Part shown: in pieces, positions 17,482-24,918 of the stretch
How positions within the stretch are numbered: the first letter of the stretch is position 1
Layout of the letters: every line of letters begins with the position of its first letter
Assembly (NCBI RefSeq): GCF_000020025.1
Contig: NC_010631.1
Location: 322,565-354,564 of the forward strand
Direction of reading: 5' to 3'
DNA length: 32,000 nucleotides
Source: Nostoc punctiforme PCC 73102
Lineage (GTDB): Bacteria > Cyanobacteriota > Cyanobacteriia > Cyanobacteriales > Nostocaceae
The notes under the pieces: generated by a model
Databases searched by the model: none
The model's input: the letters and a program-made list of their open reading frames with translations, nothing else
Told to the model about the DNA's origin: nothing
Position numbers and translations under genes: made by a program

Positions 17482-18681
17482 CTACTCATTCCACTTCACC
17501 AACGCCCCATCAACAATAGCAATCCCCCACTGCGGAAACCTCGCCAGCAACTTCTTGATCACAATCTGCAAAGCCGGATCATCACTCCAGCACTCTTGCA
17601 AATACTCAAACCCCGGATTCTGCCCCGAATTCGCTGCAACCTTGAGTTTCTGCATCCGCTCCGGTCGCGCATTTGCCCTTGCAACAATCGCCTCATGCGA
17701 CCACTTTTCAGCATTTGGCACGGGGGCGGCGGAACTTTCACCCTCATCAACTGTTTTGACTTCTCCACCTGAAACTGAATTTTCAACTAACAACAAAGTG
17801 GGATTACCCTGTTCTACAAGCTCTGGTGTTTGATTAACGATCGCTTCCTTGGAAGAAAATTCATTTTGAGCGACGGGCGCGGCGGAACCAGTACCTTCAT
17901 CACAGTCCCTCGGCTCAACGCCACAATCCTGGTTTTCAGGCAACAGCGAAGTGGGATTACTTTGTGCAGCATCCACAAGCGCTAGCGATGTACAGTCATT
18001 CGCCGTAGGCGAGTCTTTCTCATTCTCTGACACGCTTTGAACAAACTGAGGCGACGCGCCCCCCAAGGGCGCATGAGCCGTCTCTTCAACTTGCAAAATC
18101 TCATTTAGCGTGTTAGAGACACAGCTAACGAACTCTTTTGAAGAGTTCGTTAGCTGTTCCTGAGCAGTTTGTGAGGTTTCCTGAAACCCTTGCTCTGACT
18201 GATTTTGACCTGAAATAGATGCTTTATACGAAGCACCTATCTCTTCACAGCCAGCATCTATCTCTGAAATCTCAGCATTTGGTTCTTGTTTTTCAGCATC
18301 TGGTTTTGGTGACGCAGAATTAGCTTTTTCCCAAAATTCCTTCATCCGACTGCCATGCAAATTTTTCACCATCCAGCTAGCCGTTTCTCGGCCGTCTTGA
18401 ATTGACTTGTCGGGTTTGAAAATGAATAGCCCACTGTCAGCTAGAATTTTCTTCGCAGAGATAAAAGTACTGTATCCTAAAGCTGAGGTCAAAGACATCC
18501 ACCGAGAACCATAAGGATCAGCCGTCCAGCATTCCTGCCACAATTGTGTAACTGATGGTTTTTGCTGCGATGCCCACAGCATATCTTGTATGGGAATAAT
18601 CACATGAAGTTTTTTATACGGGGATTCCTTCTTGCTAGCAGCAGCCTTTTTGGGTTTGGGACGAGTAATAGTTGCAGTCAT
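17482..18681 (-). CDS. Hypothetical protein (399 aa), full-length paralog of 2688-3740
   Basis: Same N-terminal domain and AGGAGA RBS as the left copy. It has two ~34-aa internal repeats (ENQDCGVEPRDCDEGTGSAAPVAQNEFSSKEAIV / ENSVSGGEVKTVDEGESSAAPVPNAEKWSHEAIV). A ~60-aa C-terminal segment is absent from the left copy. Confidence 0.75.
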   Translation of the reverse strand: MTATITRPKPKKAAASKKESPYKKLHVIIPIQDMLWASQQKPSVTQLWQECWTADPYGSRWMSLTSALGYSTFISAKKILADSGLFIFKPDKSIQDGRETASWMVKNLHGSRMKEFWEKANSASPKPDAEKQEPNAEISEIDAGCEEIGASYKASISGQNQSEQGFQETSQTAQEQLTNSSKEFVSCVSNTLNEILQVEETAHAPLGGASPQFVQSVSENEKDSPTANDCTSLALVDAAQSNPTSLLPENQDCGVEPRDCDEGTGSAAPVAQNEFSSKEAIVNQTPELVEQGNPTLLLVENSVSGGEVKTVDEGESSAAPVPNAEKWSHEAIVARANARPERMQKLKVAANSGQNPGFEYLQECWSDDPALQIVIKKLLARFPQWGIAIVDGALVKWNE

Positions 18682-19905
18682 TGTACAATCTCCTGTTTAT
18701 GTTGACGCACGGAATTTTCCCTACAACGATTGCAGGGCTTGGTATTTGTATTTAGTTGTCTAAAAAGTTACTAATTCAGTGGAAGCCTATTGAGGTTGCC
18801 AGAATCGCAACTCATCTCGGAAATACCTATCAGTTTTTTTTGATTGCTCCTTCCAGCAATCCCATGCAACCACTACTTCCTCGCCTAAATCCTCTACAAC
18901 CTCGCCCCTCTCGACATACAAAGTACGATACGGGTCAGCGTGGGCAACGATAGAACCAACGCCAATGGTGTCTGGTTGAGAAGATGCGTTCTGGAGTGCG
19001 GTAATAAAATCAGTCTCTTGGGTGGTCAATTCCGCCCAATAGTCCTGTTTAATCACTTCATACTCTTGGGCAACATTCCAAAAGTCCTCCCAGCTACACC
19101 CAGACTGTGCAAGTACCCGCCGAATGTCACTAACCGCCTGGGGTAGTAGTTGTAATTGTTCAGCGCGGTAAGCGATCGCGGATTGTGTAGGTTCACTCCC
19201 CAAGATTATCGCCGCAGCTTCGAGCGCTTGAGTATTGTTCATGGCACTGGCGAGATTCTTCAACGCCATACCCATCAACCGTAAGCATTCGGTGGCATTC
19301 TCTTTGGGTGGTTCTTGGGCCAGCGATCGCAAATCAATGGTTTTCTCTAACGCCTGTTTTACCTGCTTGTTCAACGCTTTGGTCGCTTGCTGGGTCATCG
19401 TATTTCCCCACTGCTGAACCGGATGCTGTTGTACGGCGCGTTCTAGTTCCTGAATGCGCTGCTGGAGTTGTTGATTCTCAGTCTCAAGCTTTCTCAACCC
19501 CTCCATTTCATCCAGCCGTTGCTGTAACTGGATGTTTTGCTCTTTCTGCTGCTTGTACAGTTGCTGCAAGGATTGGATTTGTTCTTGTACCTGGGCTTCG
19601 GCTTTTGCCCCTGCTTCTGCTTGTAGCCCAATCCTCAATTCGTTGGAAAGTCGCTCTAACTCTTGCTGATGCTGTTTTTTAATTTGGGCAATTGCTTCAG
19701 TATACTCTGGTGGATAATTCTGCTCTCTGGGGAATGGAACGCTTGGGGCATCCAAATCAGCATTGTTGATCAACAACCTCTCACCATCAGCAAAGGTGAC
19801 AATCTGCTGCCAATGGTTTGGTGCGTCTGCTTCAATCACTCCTGATTCACCATAACGAGGATGTTCTGGTAATGAGACAGTCACAGAATTACACAATTGC
19901 GTTTT
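17482..19905. repeat. Right (intact) copy of the ~2.3-kb segmental duplication
   Basis: See the partner at 2688-4975. This copy carries the full-length genes. Confidence 0.85.
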
Positions 19906-20361
19906 GGGGTTTTCGCTTTTTGTGGAGTGTTTAGTTGTTGGTGCGACTTGCTGCACTGCTTTGGCGAAATCGGCGGCGGTAGGGAAAGGTTTTTCTTTTG
20001 CTGCGATCGCAACAGCTTCGTGTAACTTGTCGGGAGTTTTGACCAGTCGGAGTAAGGATCGTGTCTGGGATGGTTTAGTAATCTTCTCTCTTAGTTCTTC
20101 TGGTAGGGTATCAACTACTTTCTTCGCAGATAGCAAATCTCTGACCCGGCGATATCCCCCATGCTTGGTTAGCTCTTTTTCACAATAATCTTCAAAACTG
20201 ACATAACCAGCATCAGAGTAATAGCCGTTATCGCGCATCAGACGCAGTTCTTCTATTGCTTGCCACTCGAACCGGTCAATGGCGGTGAGGGTTTCCTGAA
20301 TGCTGGTGTTGACAACACTGTAATCGAGTGCTGATGTTTGTTCTCTTTCTAGTGTCAGCAT
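18787..20361 (-). CDS. Hypothetical coiled-coil protein (524 aa) with an N-terminal putative DNA-binding region and a small C-terminal beta domain
   Basis: The N-terminal ~150 aa (YVSFEDYCEKELTKHGGYRRVRDLLSAKKVVDTLPEELREKITKPSQTRSLLRL) is vaguely ParB/KorB-HTH-like. The middle is a Q/E-rich coiled coil (LQQLYKQQKEQNIQLQQRLDEMEGLRKLETENQQLQQRIQELE). The C-terminus is conserved: GSIVAHADPYRTLYVERGEVVEDLGEE. Confidence 0.75.
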   Translation of the reverse strand: MLTLEREQTSALDYSVVNTSIQETLTAIDRFEWQAIEELRLMRDNGYYSDAGYVSFEDYCEKELTKHGGYRRVRDLLSAKKVVDTLPEELREKITKPSQTRSLLRLVKTPDKLHEAVAIAAKEKPFPTAADFAKAVQQVAPTTKHSTKSENPKTQLCNSVTVSLPEHPRYGESGVIEADAPNHWQQIVTFADGERLLINNADLDAPSVPFPREQNYPPEYTEAIAQIKKQHQQELERLSNELRIGLQAEAGAKAEAQVQEQIQSLQQLYKQQKEQNIQLQQRLDEMEGLRKLETENQQLQQRIQELERAVQQHPVQQWGNTMTQQATKALNKQVKQALEKTIDLRSLAQEPPKENATECLRLMGMALKNLASAMNNTQALEAAAIILGSEPTQSAIAYRAEQLQLLPQAVSDIRRVLAQSGCSWEDFWNVAQEYEVIKQDYWAELTTQETDFITALQNASSQPDTIGVGSIVAHADPYRTLYVERGEVVEDLGEEVVVAWDCWKEQSKKTDRYFRDELRFWQPQ

Positions 20362-20674
20362 ATCTCTTGCTCACTATGGTAAATGCTTGAAAGTTGGGGT
20401 GTTGCAGTTTAACCAAAGTGAACTGAGGAGATACTGAAGGGTGTTTGCACAAAAATGTGTCAGCATTATAATTAGCTCACTTTGTCGTTAACGGATTGAG
20501 CAGGCGATCGCTAACTTTGGACGGTGGGCGATCGCTTCTAGTTGTTGTGCTATTTATCTAAAGATAATTTCAGTAGTTACTCCGATTTTTAGTTACAAAA
20601 ATACAATTACTACACTTGTATACTAATGAGGCAATAACTTTTGCTTTATGCTAACCGCATCATTAGTAGAAAAT

Positions 20675-20929
20675 TTATTCCATCTCTTGCACTAAAGCAG
20701 CTTTAACCTCGGCATCAAAATTTACACCAAGGGCATCAGAAAGCTTACGCAAAGTTTCACGCGGTAAAGACTTTGCATCTTCTGTTTCTATACGATAGAG
20801 GTTGCCAACACTCATACCAGCTTGAGCTGCTACCCAAGTTGGGGATAGTCCCTTGGACTCTCTAATCTCTCTAATCCGAGTGCCTAGACCAGGCAAATCA
20901 ACCGACAGAGTAACTTGCATTAAGTTCAT
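20675..20929 (-). CDS. XRE-family (Cro/C1-type HTH) transcriptional regulator
   Basis: IREIRESKGLSPTWVAAQAGMSVGNLYRIETEDAKSLPRETLRKLSDALGV is a classic HTH_3 pattern. There is a GGAGAA RBS 8 nt upstream of the ATG. Confidence 0.85.
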   Translation of the reverse strand: MNLMQVTLSVDLPGLGTRIREIRESKGLSPTWVAAQAGMSVGNLYRIETEDAKSLPRETLRKLSDALGVNFDAEVKAALVQEME

Positions 20930-20986
20930 AACTTCACTTCTCCATTAATGTAAGCAAATCATAGCGCTTCTTTCCTCCGTTTTCAA

Positions 20987-21049
20987 GCTTTACTTATTCA
21001 GCTTTACTTATTCAGTGAGACTTTACAAGTATAGCTTAATAAGCTATAC
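20987..21049. promoter_or_regulatory. Candidate operator cluster upstream of the XRE gene
   Basis: Two exact tandem 14-mers gctttacttattca sit at 20987-21000 and 21001-21014. A perfect 21-bp palindrome gtatagcttaataagctatac sits at 21029-21049. The cluster lies 58-120 nt upstream of the XRE start. Confidence 0.5.
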
Positions 21050-21473
21050 TGTAAGAATAGGGCAAAGGAAAGCAAACTGCCTGCACCCGGACGCAATAAA
21101 GGGTTTGCAGTATCTGAACTTTGACAGCAATCCAGAGTCACAGCTTGAGGAGCAACCGAGGCACTGGCAACACCAGAGAAGGCGAGGGGTACACAGCCGG
21201 AAATGGATATTGCACTGAATAAGAAATCACCAGCAGGACGACAGACGGCATTTGAAGCGTTTGAAGTCGTACACGTCGCCTGATACGCTGTATCTCCTGT
21301 TTTGGTATCACTCAAATGCCACTGGCTTTGAGTCACGAATATATGGCTACGCCAAATCTTTTTGAGAGCGTTGTCCTAAACCACAACGTTGTTTGCACAC
21401 ATAACAAAGACGACCGCTACTGTCTGCAAAACTCAGCGATCGCCTTTTATCCAACTGAATGGAGATCAATATT

Positions 21474-22040
21474 ATGCCTTATACAACACATACACAGCAA
21501 GCAATTCCTAGTTCTTCTCGTGACGAGCAAGCCCTAGCTCAAGCGGAACTCGACAGCCACCTCGAATCTCAAGCCCAAGCTATAGCTCCAACCCAAGATC
21601 CTCTCACCAGCAGAGATCGCCGCATCATTGGCGAGATTATCGAAGTTGAACCCGAATCAGTCCGCACTATCTGGATTGAAGGCGGAATCACCGTATGGGT
21701 GCAGCTAGTCAGTGGCGGACGGCTTCCCTTCGATCGCAACTGGTTCGCCAAAAGAGTTGCAGAGGTGAAAACGACCCTCCCAGAAACACCCCTGGAGCGC
21801 AACGAGCGATTAAGTGATGAATTGGAGGAAGCTTGCGCTGTTTTTGGTCTGTACCACGGTGAGATAGATTGGCTCAGTTTCAGCACCAAACTCTACAGAG
21901 ACGGGCATTTGGTCGGCTTCGTCGGGTGTAATCACCAAGGTTGGTACGCACGACCAAGACAATACGGAGTAAATCGGGTTGCTGGCAATGCAAAAGATGT
22001 GATTGCATTGCTGGGAGTCCGAACGGCAGTAGCGGCGTAA
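21474..22040 (+). CDS. Hypothetical protein (start at 21474 preferred over 21459)
   Basis: GGAGA at 21461-21465 lies 8 nt before the ATG at 21474 (MPYTTHTQQ...). The composition is protein-like and the overlapping minus-strand ORFs are poorer. I recognise no motif. Confidence 0.6.
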   Translation: MPYTTHTQQAIPSSSRDEQALAQAELDSHLESQAQAIAPTQDPLTSRDRRIIGEIIEVEPESVRTIWIEGGITVWVQLVSGGRLPFDRNWFAKRVAEVKTTLPETPLERNERLSDELEEACAVFGLYHGEIDWLSFSTKLYRDGHLVGFVGCNHQGWYARPRQYGVNRVAGNAKDVIALLGVRTAVAA

Positions 22041-22049
22041 GTGGCTGTT

Positions 22050-22425
22050 GTGAGAAAGGCGATTGCTTCCCCAAGACAAGAGCAATCGCCTCCAAAGCTC
22101 AATCGCTGCTTTAGAAATAACAATCATTACACAAAGTACAGCAAGTAACCTCTCACTTGAAGTAGGTAATTCTCAAGAGAGAATTCTCCTACCTGCTACA
22201 GATGCGAATGCAGAGGTGTAATAAATCCTGGTACTGGAAGTGAGAAAGGCGATTGCATACCAAGAGAAATGTAATCGCCACCCAAACGAAATTAGACAAT
22301 CCAAATCATCACACACAGAATATGATTACCACACTTTCTCTTCAACATACGGAGTTAGAAGAGTCTCTTGACAAGATACTCCTGCCTCCAACCGACCCTA
22401 ATGCAGAGGTACAAGAAATTCCTCC
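22050..22425. repeat. Diverged ~190-bp tandem duplication (22050-22232 and 22240-22425)
   Basis: Each unit starts with gtgagaaaggcgattgc (22050-22066 and 22240-22256). Each ends with aatgcagaggt (22207-22217 and 22400-22410). The first unit begins with hairpin aggcgattgc (22057-22066) / gcaatcgcct (22082-22091). Confidence 0.65.
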
Positions 22426-22699
22426 CTACAAACTCGTATACGTGAACGGAGCTTGCCCCAGAATTTATCGGGTGTACAAGGGTAATTCAATGATTGGAGT
22501 GATATTTCAATACATCACCCACTGGTCTAACGGAGTCGATTCTCTTCGATACGCCGAGTCGGTTGATGCAGCAGTTGGACTAGACCAATTTATGAAGGTG
22601 GCAAGGGTATCAAAAGCGACTATGGAACAACTAGCCAGGGAAGAGGAATTACTCGATAAAGAATTTGATGTGCTAAGTGAAAGATTGGTTGCAGCGTAA
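22322..22699 (+). CDS. Hypothetical protein (ATG at 22322 preferred over the TTG at 22253)
   Basis: MITTLSLQHTELEESLDKILLPPTDPNAEVQEIPPYKLVYVNG... The 5' end lies inside the second unit of the tandem duplication. Confidence 0.55.
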   Translation: MITTLSLQHTELEESLDKILLPPTDPNAEVQEIPPYKLVYVNGACPRIYRVYKGNSMIGVIFQYITHWSNGVDSLRYAESVDAAVGLDQFMKVARVSKATMEQLAREEELLDKEFDVLSERLVAA

Positions 22700-22791
22700 G
22701 GAAACGGGTGGGCAGGATAGACCCACCTGTGTGGCAAGGAGCAAACCTAAATTTTATCCAAATAGAACACCACAATTCATCGGATAAATCA

Positions 22792-23004
22792 ATGGAACCG
22801 ATAGAAATACTACAAGCATTCAACTCGTGCTACCAGAATATTCAGACGATTGCCCAAGATGAAAACTGGCTCTTGTTAATTGCTAACAAGAAGATTGACC
22901 CAGAAGCAGCAACACACTTGGGTGATGTTCTGCACTATTTGGATCAAGCGATGGGTTGTGTTGAAGAAATTGTCGAGGTCAAGTTCAATCAGGAGGCAGA
23001 ATAA
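22792..23004 (+). CDS. Hypothetical small protein (70 aa; ATG at 22792 preferred)
   Basis: MEPIEILQAFNSCYQNIQTIAQDENW... The stop TAA (23002-23004) overlaps the next ATG (TAATG). Confidence 0.5.
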   Translation: MEPIEILQAFNSCYQNIQTIAQDENWLLLIANKKIDPEAATHLGDVLHYLDQAMGCVEEIVEVKFNQEAE

Positions 23005-23369
23005 TGCAACCAACAATCACCATTCCACACGGTTGGGAATACCCCCGCTTTACTTTAGGACAACGTATAGAACAAGGAATGATTATCGGCATGAAGTATT
23101 ACCCAATCGATAGTCTTTTAGCTTATGAATACGATGAAGGCTGGCGTTATTTAGTCATGCCTGACATGAATTCCATTGAAGAGGAAAATCACTTAGAGAA
23201 CGAGATTAAATTGCTCAAACCGCAGGAATTGAAAACACTTCTAGAAGCAGAGATTAAAAAGCGATTATATCAAATCGAAGTGCTGAAATACGAGTTAAAA
23301 ACAATTCCTGGAATTGTTATAAAGAGTTCAGAAGTCAGAATTCAGGAGTCAGAATCAAGACGCTCTTAG
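23004..23369 (+). CDS. Hypothetical protein (121 aa); the last codons are supplied by the MITE-like element
   Basis: A strong AGGAGG RBS sits at 22991-22996. The C-terminal ...SSEVRIQESESRRS is encoded by the element terminus, which starts at ~23329. Confidence 0.6.
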   Translation: MQPTITIPHGWEYPRFTLGQRIEQGMIIGMKYYPIDSLLAYEYDEGWRYLVMPDMNSIEEENHLENEIKLLKPQELKTLLEAEIKKRLYQIEVLKYELKTIPGIVIKSSEVRIQESESRRS

Positions 23370-23526
23370 ATTCGCTACCAGTCTGGAATTCAGACCTATG
23401 ACTGAATTGTTGCACCACTAAAACTTCAATTTGATGGGGATGCAAAAACGCCGACTATTCAGACGTTTTTTCGGTCACAATACCTTTCCTATATTCTGAC
23501 TCCTGACTCCTGACTCCTGAATTCTG
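23329..23526 (+). mobile_element. MITE-like element, copy 1 (~198 bp), with heptamer-containing terminal inverted repeats
   Basis: The left end is cagaagtcagaattcaggagtcagaatc (23329-23356). The right end is attctgactcctgactcctgactcctgaattctg (23493-23526), the reverse complement of the left end with two extra GAGTCAG heptamers. The interior is homologous to copy 2 in inverted orientation. Confidence 0.65.
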
Positions 23527-23591
23527 TTGATAAATAGCTAAGTCGAACACTATCCAGTATCAACGCAATCTTTAACAACAAAAACGCAACT

Positions 23592-23843
23592 ATGGAAACC
23601 ATCAAAATCAACAACAGTGTCTTTCTCATTCCACCCAGCCAACCGAAACTACAAGCGAATTGCGCTAAGGAATATGGTCAATTCTTACTCGATTGTCCTC
23701 CAAAACTCACAATTCTAGAAGCACAAGCTGGAGGATATCTCAAAGGTAACAAGGCTGATTTTGCGATGGCGTACCCGCCCGCCGTAGGCGATCGCAATCT
23801 CTCGTCCAGACCGTGCCTTGACCATCAACGAGAACTTTACTAA
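23592..23843 (+). CDS. Hypothetical protein; possibly the N-terminal part of a frameshifted gene continuing in 23788-24378
   Basis: METIKINNSVFLIPPSQPKLQANCAKEYGQFLLD... This ORF overlaps the open frame of the next ORF by 56 nt, around the HIP1 site at 23788-23795. Confidence 0.45.
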   Translation: METIKINNSVFLIPPSQPKLQANCAKEYGQFLLDCPPKLTILEAQAGGYLKGNKADFAMAYPPAVGDRNLSSRPCLDHQRELY

Positions 23844-24378
23844 CGAACCATTCACTGAACTGTGGGTGATTCCGGTAGCTGGCGGACTCAAAGACCAGTT
23901 CAAGGGGCCAGCCTCCATGCTGCTTTCTTTCCTGATCCACCGCCGCAGTAAAGACAATTTTGCTGGATTGTACAACCACTTCGCCCATCGTGCCTTTCAG
24001 CAGTGGTGTGAGGAAGGGATGCCCGGAGATCCCAAAGAGTTCTGTTATCAGGCGATCGCATCTGTCCTCAAGAACTACATATTCGCTGCTGAATTTCAAA
24101 AGGTCGAAGGTGCGCTTGGAACATATTGGTTTATTCAGTGGAGTTATCGCAATCCTCAATCCGATTTTGAGAAGGATGCGCTTGTTGCTGCCGAAATGAT
24201 TCGTAGTGGTGCTGAATCCGGGGCAACACTCCATTGGGTGACGAATGATACTTACGAGCGTTGGGCATCAAACGCGATTGTTACTGCACCTGCATTATCG
24301 GCTGTTTCGGAAGCAGAAGCTAGGGCATCATTACAAGCTCAGAATCAAGCAGTTTTACCACAGGGTTTGAAGCGGTAA
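23818..24378 (+). CDS. Hypothetical protein (frame open from 23788; only a TTG start at 23818)
   Basis: The sequence is protein-like (FTELWVIPVAGGLKDQFKGPASMLLSFLIHRRSKDNFAGLYNHFAHRAFQQWCEEGMPGDPKEF...). It has no ATG start and is co-directional with its neighbours. Confidence 0.55.
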   Translation: MTINENFTNEPFTELWVIPVAGGLKDQFKGPASMLLSFLIHRRSKDNFAGLYNHFAHRAFQQWCEEGMPGDPKEFCYQAIASVLKNYIFAAEFQKVEGALGTYWFIQWSYRNPQSDFEKDALVAAEMIRSGAESGATLHWVTNDTYERWASNAIVTAPALSAVSEAEARASLQAQNQAVLPQGLKR

Positions 24379-24393
24379 TTAAGCATTATCAAA

Positions 24394-24590
24394 CAGAATT
24401 CAGGAGCCAGGAGCCAGAATGGGCTAAACGCCCCGCTATCGTTAACAGAATTAAATTCTGAACTTCATAGTGGATGAATAAACGGCGTTTTTGTACCCCC
24501 ACAAAACAAGAGAATTTGGTAGTGCAACAAAACAGTTGCGGGTCTGAATCCCCAATTTAATTGCATTCTGACTCCTGAATTCTGACTTCT
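24394..24590 (-). mobile_element. MITE-like element, copy 2 (~197 bp), inverted relative to copy 1
   Basis: The ends are cagaattcaggagccaggagccagaat (24394-24420) and attctgactcctgaattctgacttct (24565-24590). The latter is the reverse complement of the copy-1 left end. The reverse-complemented interior (ggattcagacccgcaactgttttgttgcactaccaaa...ggggtacaaaaacgccg) parallels copy 1 (ggaattcagacctatgactgaattgttgcaccactaaa...ggggatgcaaaaacgccg). Confidence 0.65.
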
Positions 24591-24654
24591 AAATTCTTCT
24601 TCAAAAAGGCGATTCAGTCTTGAGTCGCCACTAGATAAATTAGCAGCAAAGTCA

Positions 24655-24918
24655 ATGAAAATCGGTACTGTCTCAGTTAGTTATTCGAGAAAATTTAACT
24701 TGGGCAACTACGAATCAATCGAATTAGGTTGTTCTTTATGGGCGCAAGTGGAAGATGAAGAAGATGCTTCAGGCGTAGTTCAATTCCTGTACCATCAAGC
24801 TAAATCAGCAGTCAAAGAGGCTGCAATGCCCGTGATTAAAGCGAACGAATTCCAGATTAGTAAAGCTAAATCTCAAAAGAAAGTGACAAATGATGATGGG
24901 ACTGTGGAGGATTTATGA
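24655..24918 (+). CDS. Hypothetical protein (87 aa)
   Basis: This ORF has an ATGA overlap with the next gene. A hairpin ggcgattca-gtct-tgagtcgcc (24608-24629) lies upstream. Confidence 0.55.
   Translation: MKIGTVSVSYSRKFNLGNYESIELGCSLWAQVEDEEDASGVVQFLYHQAKSAVKEAAMPVIKANEFQISKAKSQKKVTNDDGTVEDL

Noticed and set aside
17396-17833. Plus-strand ORFs 17396-17833 and 17479-17772, antisense to the 399-aa gene. The analogous 2882-3163, 4308-4529, 4507-4707 and 4629-4889 entries belong here too.
   Set aside because: They overlap paralog-supported genes. Conservation between the two duplication copies follows the minus-strand frames, and these alternative translations are Cys/Arg/Ser-rich nonsense.
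21004-21336. 110-aa minus-strand ORF and overlapping 67-aa / 73-aa plus-strand ORFs in the XRE-ORFan intergenic region.
   Set aside because: The translations are low-complexity and Ser/Ala/Cys-rich. They have no RBS and no partner-gene logic. I treat the region as non-coding regulatory or RNA sequence.
21569-22127. Four minus-strand ORFs antisense to 21474-22040.
   Set aside because: They are mutually overlapping shadow ORFs in a relatively GC-rich coding segment. None has a start context or a recognisable motif.
23493-23526. Heptamer run gactcct x3, and the iteron array at 30233-30451, considered as possible CRISPR arrays.
   Set aside because: The repeat units are 7 nt, or ~20 nt with irregular 57-75 bp spacing, with only 3-5 copies. 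That is not the 25-40 nt regular repeat/spacer structure of CRISPR, and there are no cas genes in the window.
23740-24234. 164-aa minus-strand ORF (also 23715-23975 -, 23960-24199 +) overlapping 23818-24378.
   Set aside because: The plus-strand frame gives a more protein-like sequence and is co-directional with the whole operon. The antisense ORF is probably a shadow ORF.
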